Source of the DNA: a virus
Taxonomy: Duplodnaviria > Caudoviricetes
Strand: one strand, 5' to 3'
DNA: 60,437 nt
Virus record (IMG/VR): IMGVR_UViG_3300033148_004729
Location: 1 to 60,437 of that record
The notes beneath the pieces are model-generated. The model searched no databases. It was not told the DNA's origin and was given only the letters and a program-made list of their open reading frames with translations. Within the stretch, counting starts at the first letter, position 1, and each line of letters opens with the position of its first letter. Made by a program: the position numbers and the translations under genes. Shown here piece after piece: positions 9,797 to 19,795 of this stretch.

Positions 9797-10129
9797 ATGG
9801 GTGAAGTCAGCATCAGAAGCACGTCGAGGCTCAGGTTTGCTCGGTACGTCACGACCGGTGGCGTCGACTACTGGGAGCTTCCAGAGTACCCTGAGGTGCC
9901 ACCGGCTCCGGACGACATCCTCTACACGGTCACCCGGAAAGACCGCATCGACTCGCTTGCTCAGAGGTTCTACGGCGACTCGACCCTCTGGTACATCATC
10001 GCCCTGGCCAATGACTTTCGGCTTGTGCCGACGGACATGCGGGAGAACATGCAGCTTCGCATCCCGAACGGCAAGCGTGTCTTCACTGAGATCCTGAGGA
10101 GTGCCAATCGGGGCGAGGAAGGGAAGTAG
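9797..10129 (+). CDS. LysM / gpX-like baseplate wedge protein
   Basis: YTVTRKDRIDSLAQRFYGDSTLWYIIALAN...LRIP. Confidence 0.88.
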   Translation: MGEVSIRSTSRLRFARYVTTGGVDYWELPEYPEVPPAPDDILYTVTRKDRIDSLAQRFYGDSTLWYIIALANDFRLVPTDMRENMQLRIPNGKRVFTEILRSANRGEEGK

Positions 10130-10130
10130 C

Positions 10131-11576
10131 TTGCCTGTCCTCGATCCCTCTGGTTTCCAGATCGCCGTCATCGTCAAGCGGAACGACGTGCGGTTCCCGT
10201 TGTGGATCGGCGGGGCCAGACGAGATGACTCCAGCATCTTCTTCGATCCATCAATTGAGTTTCCGGACATCCCCATCGTTGAAAGCATCAATATCGAGAT
10301 TGGGATGGGCCTCATGGGGAAGATCGGCATCGAGATCTCGGCGCCGTATGACCTCGGGCTCGCATTGCTTCAGAGTCGGCTTTTCACCATCGGCAGCATC
10401 ATCGAGGTACAGATCGGTTACCCGAAAATTTCCAGATTCATCCCGTGGTTCTCGGCCATGCAGTCGAAGCCAACTATCAACCTGAGCCAGGAGGAGGGTC
10501 TCAGCGCGACATTGAACGGTGAAGCTGGGGCTTTCGCCTCGATGCGGGTTAGTTCTTCTGAGACGTACGACGGCTCGTACGCGGACATCATCACCGAAAT
10601 CGCGAATCAGGATTCCAACCAGTGGACCTTGAGCTTGCCGGCGCGGATCGGGACTGATGATGCCCTCTACACGTCTAGGCAGGGTGTCAGCCAGGGTAAC
10701 TCGCCGGACTGGCCTTTCATCATGCGGCTGTGTCGGTTGGCGAACTGCGATGCCTACATCGCCCAGGACCCACAGCAGGCAGGACGGAATCGCATCGTGG
10801 TCCTTCGGCGCTCGGAGTCGATGGCGGGCACACCGAGGTTCACCTTTGTGAGTCGTGGTAGGTCAGATTTCGTCAACACCTTCCCTTTGCTTGAGTTCGA
10901 GTCGACGGCCGAGCAGGTGTGGCTGCCTTCCAATTATGGTGAGGTCACGGCTGCTGCCATTGATCCGAGGACTGGAGCAATCATCTCGACCACGGCGACA
11001 CCTGAGCAGAGCGGGACGCCGAGGGGTCCTGGGGACAGCGGTGCGGGCGGAAGCCCGACAAGAGTCGATGGCACCACGGTGGCGCTGGCGTCGACCAGAA
11101 GGGATGAACGCGGAACAGGAGAGCGGTTGTCTCCGTCGCCGAGGGCTTCGGCGACTCCACAGGAGGTTGTGGCGTCGAGGTCAGAGGAGGGGCAACAGGG
11201 TGGCGGTTTGAACGCCAACATGACGAGCTTTGGGTTGCCGGAGCTTCTTCCAGGCGAGGTGATTCGTATTGCAGGGGCCGGGATCTTCGATGGCAACTAC
11301 GGCGTCGAGACGGTCCAGCATGCTGCAAACGCCGAAGAGTGGACCATGAACGTGAAGCTCTTGAGCAACTCCCTCTTCAATGGTGAGAATCTCATGACGG
11401 GGATGAGCTTGCCGTGGAGAGCCTTCGGTGGGCGCGTCAACGACCAGCCGGCAGTGGAGGTTCCGGAGGCGGCGAGTGGAGCAACTGATACGGTGGATGC
11501 CCTTCTTTCTGACCTCGAAGCGGAGCCATCTCCGTTGCCAGACCTGACAGGGCTTGGCGGTGGCGGTGACATCTGA
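10131..11576 (+). CDS. Baseplate hub protein (late control D / Mu gp44 / T4 gp27-like)
   Basis: IEVQIGY, SQ...DWPFIMRL, G.PELLPGEVIRIAGAG.FDGNY.V..VQH; position after LysM; TTG start assumed. Confidence 0.8.
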   Translation: MPVLDPSGFQIAVIVKRNDVRFPLWIGGARRDDSSIFFDPSIEFPDIPIVESINIEIGMGLMGKIGIEISAPYDLGLALLQSRLFTIGSIIEVQIGYPKISRFIPWFSAMQSKPTINLSQEEGLSATLNGEAGAFASMRVSSSETYDGSYADIITEIANQDSNQWTLSLPARIGTDDALYTSRQGVSQGNSPDWPFIMRLCRLANCDAYIAQDPQQAGRNRIVVLRRSESMAGTPRFTFVSRGRSDFVNTFPLLEFESTAEQVWLPSNYGEVTAAAIDPRTGAIISTTATPEQSGTPRGPGDSGAGGSPTRVDGTTVALASTRRDERGTGERLSPSPRASATPQEVVASRSEEGQQGGGLNANMTSFGLPELLPGEVIRIAGAGIFDGNYGVETVQHAANAEEWTMNVKLLSNSLFNGENLMTGMSLPWRAFGGRVNDQPAVEVPEAASGATDTVDALLSDLEAEPSPLPDLTGLGGGGDI

Positions 11577-12318
11577 TGGCCATTCCTCGCATGAGAGGCT
11601 CTCCTCAGTACAGTGCGACAGGGTTCCGCCGGTTCCTCGACGACATCCTCATGCACGGGCTCGAAGTCATCGGGCTCTACTATGGGTGCTACAGAGCGAA
11701 GGTCATTGGGGGCGTCTCACGGTTCAGATACCGGCCGTGGATGGGACTTCAGTGCGGGCAACCAGGCTTGCCTATCCCATCACCGCCATCGCAGGTCCGC
11801 AGTACGGTTTCAAGAGTTTGCCTCCTGTCCACACCGACGCGGTGCCGAGCATGGTCTACGTCATCTTCGAGCGCGGCAAGGTGGAGGCCCCATTGTGGTT
11901 CGGGGGGTGGTGGCGAGACGGTGATCTCCCGACCGACCTCCAGCCGGCCGACGCTCACGGGTGGTTCACGCCGGGCGGCCATCAGATTCTTCTTGACGAC
12001 CAAGACGGCCAGGAAGTCATCAGGTTCAAGCACAAGGACGGCGAGACCCGCATCGAGTTCAACGCCCAGGGCCGGATCTTCATCGTCAACAAGTCCGGGC
12101 AGAAGGTCTACATCGGTGACGGAGCGGACACCGCCAACGAGCCGGCGGTGCTTGGGGAGACCCTCAAGGGGTTGCTTGAGAGCCTCATTGATCAGATCGT
12201 GTTGATCAAAGTACCAACGCCAACGGGGTCGTCACAGGTTCCGATCAATGCGGCTCAGTTCCAGCAGATTCGTGGGCGTTTGAACACGGTTCTCAGCCAG
12301 ACCGTGGGCTTGAAGTGA
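11576..12318 (+). CDS. Baseplate central spike (gpV/gp5/VgrG OB-fold), split by a frameshift near 11705
   Basis: One frame gives YYGCYRAKVI; the -1 frame gives GRLTVQIPAV...AGPQYGF..LP...VYVIFERG...PLWFGGWW...TPGGH.ILLDD...VLGETL...TPTGSS..PIN. Confidence 0.8.
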
Positions 12319-12327
12319 GGGGCGAGG

Positions 12328-12813
12328 ATGTCACTGATTTCAGCCACGCTTGTCTCTTCGCTGACGACCATCCTGGGGGCTCCATCGACGAGTGGCGCCG
12401 AGAAGGCCCAGCAGCTTGGAACGGCGTACCAGGCGTACGCCTTGACGGCTACGGCAGGAGTTTTGCTGCCAATCTTTGTTGGGATCGAGGGTCGCGTCAT
12501 GGCGGCCAGGCTGACGCCTGTGCTGAGTGCAACGCATTCGACGGCGTACGATTTCGCGAATGCTCTAGCAGGCGGCGTCGAGGCATTTTGGCTTCTCCCT
12601 CCTGTTCCTTTCACGGGTGGGGTGGCAGCCGGTTTGGTTTCTGCCTTCATCGGAAAGAGTGCCTTGGTAGCAGCGGTGGCGGGTATCTTGGCAACACCAA
12701 CGTCTTTGCACGGACCAGTGGCGATCCAGTTGGCGAGTGCGCTCGATGTGGCGACGAGGACGGTCACGGTGACCTTCGCGCCGCCTCCGGGGTCCACGGT
12801 GACCCTGCTGTGA
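12328..12813 (+). CDS. Hypothetical baseplate-associated protein
   Basis: SD and ATG; lies between spike and gp25 genes; Ala-rich. Confidence 0.6.
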   Translation: MSLISATLVSSLTTILGAPSTSGAEKAQQLGTAYQAYALTATAGVLLPIFVGIEGRVMAARLTPVLSATHSTAYDFANALAGGVEAFWLLPPVPFTGGVAAGLVSAFIGKSALVAAVAGILATPTSLHGPVAIQLASALDVATRTVTVTFAPPPGSTVTLL

Positions 12814-12830
12814 GGTAGGATAGGTCGGCC

Positions 12831-13220
12831 ATGGGTATTATCGGCATCAGCTTCCCCTTCCAGAAAGGGGTGACATCGTTCCCGAGGTCGTCGACCGATA
12901 ACGATGTCATTGCCGAGAACATTCAGCATATTCTCACGACTCGGAGGGGCGAGCGCGTCATGCGGCCTGATGCTGGGAGTGGTGTTTGGGAGTTTGTCTT
13001 CGAGAACACCGGGGCAGTCCTGAATGCCCGTATAGACAACGACGTTCGACAGGCTCTTGCTGAAGGGGAGCCCAGGGTTGATGTCATACAGGTGAATGTC
13101 ACCGAGGAGAAACGGACGGACGGCGACAAGGATGTTGTCGTTGAGGTGGTCTACTCGGTCAACCTCGACGTCCAGCAGACGACCGTGACACTCGCTGTGC
13201 CGTCGAGCATCGGAGGCTGA
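12831..13220 (+). CDS. Baseplate wedge subunit, gp25/GPW family
   Basis: GISFPF...I.ENI..IL.TRRGERVMRPD.GS....VFE...EPRVDV. Confidence 0.92.
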   Translation: MGIIGISFPFQKGVTSFPRSSTDNDVIAENIQHILTTRRGERVMRPDAGSGVWEFVFENTGAVLNARIDNDVRQALAEGEPRVDVIQVNVTEEKRTDGDKDVVVEVVYSVNLDVQQTTVTLAVPSSIGG

Positions 13221-13221
13221 A

Positions 13222-15351
13222 GTGACGGAGCCGCTACAGACAGAATCACCTCAGGCCAGCATCAATAGGGCGAGGTTCGCAAGTAAAGATTTTTTCACGT
13301 TCGTCGACGACCTCATCAGCCGCATCCAGCTTCTTTTCGTCACGGAGTTCAACGACTTCGTGTCCAGCGGCACCGGGCAGATGCTCATCGACATCGTGTC
13401 ATGGGCTTGCGAGACGCTTTCTTTCTACATCGACCGGCAGGCTTCGGAGAGCTACCTGGCCACGGCGCGGCTCAGGCGCTCTGTCAACCGTCTTGTCCGC
13501 CAGGTCGGCTACAAGATGGCCCCTGCGACGGCGGCGTCCGTGGACCTCGAAATCACGCTCACACAGGTTCGTGCTTTCGACGTGCCCATCAACATTGGCT
13601 TTCAGTGTAAGGGGCCGAATAATCTCATTTTCGAGGCCACCGAGACGATCACCTTCCCGGCTGGCGAGGGACCCCTGAGCACTCCGAGGATGTTGAGTGT
13701 TCGTGAGGGGACTACGAAGATCGAGCGATTTACGTCGGATGGAACCAAGAATCAGGCCTTCCGGCTTCAGCCAGGAACCAACCGCTACGTGGCTGAAGGA
13801 ACCGTGTCTGTCAAGGTGGATGGCGCTCCGTGGACCGAGAGCGAGTTCATCACCTTCGACGAGACCGACCAGTACGAGATCGACTACAACATGGTGCCAC
13901 CGTTGGTTCGGTTCGGTGACGTCCTGGCTGGCAACGTCCCGGCCAATACGGCCGACATTGAGGTTACTTACGTGACCACCGGCGGCAAGGAAGGGCTTGT
14001 CCTCGCCGATACCATCGACGACGTGGTGACTCCCCTCGTGGTAGCCTTCACGGACATTGGACTCAACATCACGAACCCAGACCCGACGAGTGGTGGTGCG
14101 CCCCCCGAGACATTGGAGTCGGCCAAGGCCAATGCGCCACTGTGGTTTGCAGCTCGCAATGTTGCAGTTGTCCAGGCCGACTACGTGTCCTTGTCGGAGA
14201 ACTATACGGACCCCACGGCTGGGTCGGTGGCGGTAGCTCAGGCCTTTGTCGCGCTCGGGGCGAGCGACGACCTCACTTTGCAGAGGCTCCTCGACAACAT
14301 CAGGTCCATCACCGCTCCTCTGACGACGACCATCAACGGTTACGTCGCACAGGCCGAGTCGGACCTGTTGGACCTGTCCGATGAGCGAGACAGTGCTGAG
14401 GTCGCGAACGGCACGGTGGCCACCAAGCTCGTTGGCATCGCTTCCGACTCTGCTTCGGCGCGGTCCTCGGTGCAGAGCGTCAAGGGTGATGCCGTTCAGC
14501 TACAGGCTCAGGTTTCGGCTGGCCAGGCGTTTGTGTCGGCGCTGCCGACGAATGCACCGAGCCAATTGACCATTGCTGACCGGGATACCATCAATGGCTA
14601 CTTCACGACCATTGGGTCCGAGGGGAGCAGCATCAGCGGGGATGCCGACTCTGCCGAGGGGGATCTCGATGACCTCGACGACAAGGTAGACGACGCTCAG
14701 ACGGCCCAGGCTCAGGTGGCCTCGGACCTGACGGCGATGACGCCGCTCATTACGAGCATCCAGGCCCAGCTCGACAACATCGAGGCGGGCATGACCACGA
14801 GTTTCGAGACCTCCATCGAGACGGAGCTTCAGGCCATCTACGACCATGTGGATGCGTTCCTCGCGTACGACTGCAAGAGCAACCTCGTGCAGGTGCCCAT
14901 CTTGACCACGGACGTCGATGGTTTCTTCCAGTCCCCATCGACGGCCTTGATGCGGTCGCTGGAGAACTACCTGAGAGCCCGTAATGAGGTCACGCAGGTA
15001 GTCGAGGTAGTCGATGGTGGGGCGTGGCTCGTCGAGGCCATCATCACTGGGACTCTTGGAATTACTGAGGGGTATGTTCAGGCCACGGTGCTCTCGAACG
15101 TGGCCAAGGCGCTCGACGACCTTCTCCGGGAGCGACGTTTTGGTGACAGTCTTCGGCTCTCGGACCTCTACACGTCCATTCAGCCGGATCCGTTGACCGG
15201 GGTGGGTGGTGTCGACGGCGTGGAGTACGCGGTCTTCGCGATTACAGGGCCAACGGCATTCTTGAATATCAATGGAAATCTAGTGATAACGGAAAAGTAC
15301 GTCATCTCCAAGGGGAGCGTGACGCTGACGGCAGAGACGGCCATCGACTGA
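13222..15351 (+). CDS. Baseplate J / T4 gp6-like wedge protein
   Basis: SKDF, LSFYIDRQASESYLATA..R.SV..L...GY, FTSDG..NQ.F.L, VRFGD..G.VP, GG..ET.E.AK.NAP, AV...DY. Confidence 0.9.
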   Translation: MTEPLQTESPQASINRARFASKDFFTFVDDLISRIQLLFVTEFNDFVSSGTGQMLIDIVSWACETLSFYIDRQASESYLATARLRRSVNRLVRQVGYKMAPATAASVDLEITLTQVRAFDVPINIGFQCKGPNNLIFEATETITFPAGEGPLSTPRMLSVREGTTKIERFTSDGTKNQAFRLQPGTNRYVAEGTVSVKVDGAPWTESEFITFDETDQYEIDYNMVPPLVRFGDVLAGNVPANTADIEVTYVTTGGKEGLVLADTIDDVVTPLVVAFTDIGLNITNPDPTSGGAPPETLESAKANAPLWFAARNVAVVQADYVSLSENYTDPTAGSVAVAQAFVALGASDDLTLQRLLDNIRSITAPLTTTINGYVAQAESDLLDLSDERDSAEVANGTVATKLVGIASDSASARSSVQSVKGDAVQLQAQVSAGQAFVSALPTNAPSQLTIADRDTINGYFTTIGSEGSSISGDADSAEGDLDDLDDKVDDAQTAQAQVASDLTAMTPLITSIQAQLDNIEAGMTTSFETSIETELQAIYDHVDAFLAYDCKSNLVQVPILTTDVDGFFQSPSTALMRSLENYLRARNEVTQVVEVVDGGAWLVEAIITGTLGITEGYVQATVLSNVAKALDDLLRERRFGDSLRLSDLYTSIQPDPLTGVGGVDGVEYAVFAITGPTAFLNINGNLVITEKYVISKGSVTLTAETAID

Positions 15352-15360
15352 GGTGACGCG

Positions 15361-15966
15361 ATGCGTTGGACGCACTGGATATTGTACGGAATTTGTTTGC
15401 CTTGGGACCTGTTGGTCGCGTGGCCTGTGGTGCTGTTCGTTCGGCTCTTCTGGGGGAAGAACCTCCACTGGGAGAAGCCTCCCGCGTACACGCGCGAGAA
15501 GGGTGGCGGCGGCGGTCCATGCCTCGTCTGTCAGATACGAGACGGCTCTTTTCCGGTCACTCCTGGTCGGTTCCCAAAGGGGTGGTACCTGCGGGACAAG
15601 GACCCTGACAACCCGAGGCCATGGGGAGGCACAAGCCTCGGCCACGGCATCTTTTACGGGCCTACGGTGAGGATTGAGACGCAGGAGTGGACGCGGACGC
15701 AGGCGCACGAGAACATCCACACCGAGCAGGACGAAGTTGCCATGCTCAGGAGCTTCATCGTTGGCCTGGCAGCCGGAGTGGTCCTGCTGGCCCTGGGGCA
15801 CCCGCTGGCGGCCTTGTTGCTCTTTTGGGGCATCTGGTTCTCGGGTTACCTGATGATGGGCGTGGCGGGCTGGCTGACGGCCGTGCTGCGTGGTGAGCCG
15901 GCCTACTGGGGGTCGACCCACGAGGAGAGCGCCAGGGCCCAGGATGATGGCTTGGCGGTGAGGTAG
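15361..15966 (+). CDS. Membrane protein with a HExxH zinc-peptidase-like motif
   Basis: Several hydrophobic segments; GGTSLGHGIFY...AHENIHTEQ...HEESA. Confidence 0.6.
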   Translation: MRWTHWILYGICLPWDLLVAWPVVLFVRLFWGKNLHWEKPPAYTREKGGGGGPCLVCQIRDGSFPVTPGRFPKGWYLRDKDPDNPRPWGGTSLGHGIFYGPTVRIETQEWTRTQAHENIHTEQDEVAMLRSFIVGLAAGVVLLALGHPLAALLLFWGIWFSGYLMMGVAGWLTAVLRGEPAYWGSTHEESARAQDDGLAVR

Positions 15967-15971
15967 GAGCG

Positions 15972-17381
15972 ATGGCTGCGACGTCTCCCAGGATGGCATG
16001 GGCCTATCCCTCGCGGGATGCAGACCCGTGGTATGACGAGTTCGACGACTTCGTGGTGGCGGCCGATGCTTCAGGGTTCGCTTCCAGGGAGGACCGGAGC
16101 CTCATTTTTGCCGGAGGCGGAACTATCGCTTGGACCCTTGGTTCCGAGACGCTCTCGTGGTCCGGCGTCATGTACGTCTTGTCCCCAATCACGGGCCGGC
16201 TCATTCAGGTGGCTTCGGGCTCCGAGACCCTCGAAGAGGGGGAGGTGCTCTACCTGTCTCTGACTCGGCAGGCGCTCTCAACTGTCTCTGTGTCGCTCCA
16301 GAAGGCCTCTTCAGTTCCGTCCAACGACCAGGACATCATTCTGTGCTTCCGCCGCGACAACCGTGTGTATTTTCGCACAGGCTTCAGTCTTGGCAACGGT
16401 GATACAGCGGACAGTCTCGCCCCGACTCCTGGAAGTAGTGGTGGGGCGCCCCTCGTGGTTGAGGACGAGGGCATCGGCATCGAGCCAGACACTCGCCTCG
16501 TGGATTTCGTAGGCGATGGTGTCACGGTCACGAGCACCGGGCCAAACGACGTACAGGTTGCCATCCCGGGGATGGAGGTGGAGAAGGACGGTGGCTCCAT
16601 CGAGACGGCCGTTGACACCATCGACTTCCGTGGGCCTCTGACAGTCGTCAATGTGGCTCCAGAAGAGGTCAGGGTCACCGTCAACGGCCTCGACGTGCAG
16701 GACGAGGGCGGACCCATCGAGCCAGACGTCACGACCATGGATTTCATTGGTGCGGGCGTCACGGCGGCGAAGACCGGAGCAGGCGCGGTGTCGGTCACCA
16801 TTCCCGGTGGTGGTGGTGTGGACCCGAATGCCATCCATGACAACGTAGCGGCAGAAATCTCGGCCGTCGCCCTGAAGGGTGTGCCGACAGTTTCGGACTT
16901 TTTGCTCATCGAGGATGCGGCGGCCGGTGATGCCAAGAAGCACATCACCATCGGTTCTCTTCCTGGGGGTGGCGGCACCAATCTCACCGAGTATGACTGG
17001 GCCTCGGGCTACCTCTACACGCAGCTTGCAGTGCCGGTCGAAGAGACGATGGGTAACGGGCGGCTGGATGGTTCGCAGATTCAGGCCACGGCGTATTTCA
17101 GGGCGACGTGGGACCCGCAGTTCGGTGCTGTTGGAAATGCCTACATCAGGCTCTACGACCTCGGGCCTGCCGCTGGTCCTCCGGCAGCCCCGGTTCTCAT
17201 TGCGACCCTGACCACGGCGTCGAGCGGTCTCAGGTATGACCAGCAGGCTCTCGCGGTTGGAGGGGCTCCCGGGGCGAATCAGATCGCCAACACGCCGAGG
17301 ATGTACGAGGTCACGGTGGACCAAGGCTCTCAGGTCGGAGACACGGTTGACGTCGGGTCGGCCGGGATTTCGGATAGGTAG
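15972..17381 (+). CDS. Tail fibre base/adaptor protein A (three internal ~39-aa repeats)
   Basis: Paralog of 18906-19793 (SPRM.W.YP.R..DPWYD.F); repeats of V.DEG..IE.D....DF.G.GVT. Confidence 0.7.
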   Translation: MAATSPRMAWAYPSRDADPWYDEFDDFVVAADASGFASREDRSLIFAGGGTIAWTLGSETLSWSGVMYVLSPITGRLIQVASGSETLEEGEVLYLSLTRQALSTVSVSLQKASSVPSNDQDIILCFRRDNRVYFRTGFSLGNGDTADSLAPTPGSSGGAPLVVEDEGIGIEPDTRLVDFVGDGVTVTSTGPNDVQVAIPGMEVEKDGGSIETAVDTIDFRGPLTVVNVAPEEVRVTVNGLDVQDEGGPIEPDVTTMDFIGAGVTAAKTGAGAVSVTIPGGGGVDPNAIHDNVAAEISAVALKGVPTVSDFLLIEDAAAGDAKKHITIGSLPGGGGTNLTEYDWASGYLYTQLAVPVEETMGNGRLDGSQIQATAYFRATWDPQFGAVGNAYIRLYDLGPAAGPPAAPVLIATLTTASSGLRYDQQALAVGGAPGANQIANTPRMYEVTVDQGSQVGDTVDVGSAGISDR

Positions 17382-17392
17382 GAGGAGGCGGG

Positions 17393-18604
17393 ATGTCGTT
17401 CTATGTCAGCCGAAACATGGGGCCCTACGGAACGGTTGCCCTCGGGCTCTATGATTGGAAAGAGTTCTTGAAGAACACGGGTGGCACGAAGGACTGGAAC
17501 GTCGTTGCCAGCGGGGATGGATTGGCCGCCTTCTCGGCCTCTGGAGACATCATTGCGAGCGGGGCCATCGGGGCTACCGGCTTGGACAACACCAACGCCT
17601 GGATTGTACTCGAAGACCCAGACGGCAATCGTCAGATCAAGCTCTACAGATCGACGAATGGTTATCGGTGGTATTGGAGGTACTCGAAGGGCAAGAAGTT
17701 TGCGCTCCACGGAGTTGGAGATGGTATTGCGCTTACGATTGATGCCACTGGGACGCCAAACATTGTCCTGACAGATTCGGCCGGTGAGTTCACCTCGGAT
17801 GTGGTCGGCAAGAACATCACGATCATTGGAGCAATCAATCCGGCGAACGACGGCACGTATCCTATCACGGCTCAGACGGCCACGACGGTCACGTACACCA
17901 ATGCAGGAGGAGTTACCGAGAATTTCGCCGGGACGTGGCACATCACCGACGGGACTGCGGTGACATCTCCTTCAGCGGACGACGACAAGTCATTTTCGCT
18001 CAACAGATCAGTGTCATTTGTTGGCTATCCGTCCAGTGGTTCGTACTACATGCACATCGTTGCGGAGGGAGACACGCCGGACGGTAACGTTTATCCGTTC
18101 TGGACGGCCATGAGGTACACCGCTACCGGGAATCCCTGGGGCTTCATCATGATGGATTGTATTGATGATTCGTTGTCTCCGGCTGCCGATAGCGATAAGG
18201 CTCTTTTGGCGAGTTCTGCGAATCAGGCTCTTGGATACAACTCCGGCACCTATTTTGGTTACGGCAGTCCGAATTCTTACCTCAGTGGGTTCATGCGGTA
18301 TGGTGAAGCAAACGAGGAGTGGAACGCTTTTGGGTATTTGAACTATTATTTGACTGGTGCCGTGGTTTGTCCGAATGCCCTTGGGTCGAACCCAGAGGAT
18401 ACCAAGTACGCCGTGCTTCCTAACTTCGTGGCGAGGACCGGCGGTATCGTAAATGGCATGAAGGGTCAGTCGAATCTGACGAGGTGGAAGCCGATCAACA
18501 CATTCGGGTATGGCGACGTCGTCTATGACGGGACAGATTATTTTCTTGTCATTGATGAGACGATGTTACGGGGCTGGCCGGATTCGACGGGGCCGACGAT
18601 TTAG
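17393..18604 (+). CDS. Putative receptor-binding/tail appendage protein, family copy 1
   Basis: W.VVASGDG, W.VLEDPDG.RQ, C-terminal LRGWP; aromatic/Gly-rich; related to the three genes at 19796-22805. Confidence 0.6.
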   Translation: MSFYVSRNMGPYGTVALGLYDWKEFLKNTGGTKDWNVVASGDGLAAFSASGDIIASGAIGATGLDNTNAWIVLEDPDGNRQIKLYRSTNGYRWYWRYSKGKKFALHGVGDGIALTIDATGTPNIVLTDSAGEFTSDVVGKNITIIGAINPANDGTYPITAQTATTVTYTNAGGVTENFAGTWHITDGTAVTSPSADDDKSFSLNRSVSFVGYPSSGSYYMHIVAEGDTPDGNVYPFWTAMRYTATGNPWGFIMMDCIDDSLSPAADSDKALLASSANQALGYNSGTYFGYGSPNSYLSGFMRYGEANEEWNAFGYLNYYLTGAVVCPNALGSNPEDTKYAVLPNFVARTGGIVNGMKGQSNLTRWKPINTFGYGDVVYDGTDYFLVIDETMLRGWPDSTGPTI

Positions 18605-18613
18605 GGACTGGCG

Positions 18614-18895
18614 ATGGCCTTCTACACGGCGGATCAGAGTTACTATGACTACGTGACCCCGGATACTTGGGGCGCGAAGTACGGCTTGAAGCCTGGGTAC
18701 GTTTATGTTGGTGCAGGTGGTGGCGGCGTGACCGAGTATTGGATGAACAAGTGCTGGGACCCGGGTGGTCCTGCGTGGGTGTTCTGGGAGACACCGAACG
18801 CACCGGACCCGGCCGGGGCCTCGTACCCAGACCCGTACGCCACGGGCTTCGGGGGTTGCTCCGACTACCGGGTGGCGTTCAAGCGGTATCAGTAG
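18614..18895 (+). CDS. Small fibre-associated protein, copy 1
   Basis: EYWMNKCWDPGGPAWVFWET...GASYPDP..TGFGG shared with 22815-23090. Confidence 0.7.
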   Translation: MAFYTADQSYYDYVTPDTWGAKYGLKPGYVYVGAGGGGVTEYWMNKCWDPGGPAWVFWETPNAPDPAGASYPDPYATGFGGCSDYRVAFKRYQ

Positions 18896-18905
18896 GAGGG
18901 GCAGG

Positions 18906-19793
18906 ATGACAGCGAACAGCCCCAGGATGGGATGGCCCTACCCCGCACGGGAAGATGACCCGTGGTACGACGGGTTCGAGGACTTCGTTCAGGCTGACGA
19001 TGCTTCTGGCTTCGCCCACAGGGAAGACAGGAACCTCTTCATCACCGGGGGTGGTACCTTGTCGTGGGATGCCGGAACGGGCGTCCTGACGTGGACTGAG
19101 GCCATCCAGCTCGTTTCTCCGACGACAGGGTTCCTCCTTGGTATCGCGGCTGACTCCGTGACCATCGAGAACGGCGAGGTGCTCTACGCCGTATTGGTCC
19201 GTCAGGCGCTCGAAGCCAGGACCCTCACCAAGGCCATCGCGAATTCGGTGCCGTCGAACGACAACGCCTTCATGCTGTGTGTCAGGATCGGCAACAACCT
19301 CCACTGGCGCAACGGCCTTGTGATGTCGAGTGGCTCGTCGGTGAGTGGAGTCGGTTTTTCGGGTTCTGGCATCTCTCTCAGCATCGAGACGGGACGTGCA
19401 GACTACGTGCAGGTGAATCCCACGGTCGAGGAGGTCGTGGGACAGTGGATGCTCGACGGTGCTGTTGTTGCTGGCGGTGTGAGGTTCAGGTGCATGATGC
19501 GGCCGACCTTCAACGCGGCCGGGTGGGCGCGCGTGCGCGTGTACGATCTCGGAGCCGTCGGGACCCCCGCGGCGGCTGTCGAGATCACGGATGACGCGAC
19601 GGCGGCCTATCGAATGCAGGCAACGACTTCTGGCCTTGTCTACCTGGAAACGTCGGTGATGACGATAGGGGTCTCCCCGGGCGTTGGGCAGATTGTCAAC
19701 GCCAGGAGGATGTACGAGGCGACCTTGGAGCAAAGCTCCTTGGCAGGTGACACGGTAGATTTCGGCTTCGCTGGCGTCTACGTGGGGGTGTAG
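18906..19793 (+). CDS. Tail fibre base/adaptor protein B
   Basis: Paralog of 15972-17381 without the internal repeats; SD before ATG 18906. Confidence 0.7.
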   Translation: MTANSPRMGWPYPAREDDPWYDGFEDFVQADDASGFAHREDRNLFITGGGTLSWDAGTGVLTWTEAIQLVSPTTGFLLGIAADSVTIENGEVLYAVLVRQALEARTLTKAIANSVPSNDNAFMLCVRIGNNLHWRNGLVMSSGSSVSGVGFSGSGISLSIETGRADYVQVNPTVEEVVGQWMLDGAVVAGGVRFRCMMRPTFNAAGWARVRVYDLGAVGTPAAAVEITDDATAAYRMQATTSGLVYLETSVMTIGVSPGVGQIVNARRMYEATLEQSSLAGDTVDFGFAGVYVGV

Positions 19794-19795
19794 CC

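Noticed and set aside
5114-10330. Long minus-strand ORFs (660 and 966 aa) and similar antisense ORFs elsewhere
   Set aside because: Shadows of GC-rich coding sequence with no recognisable motifs or SD
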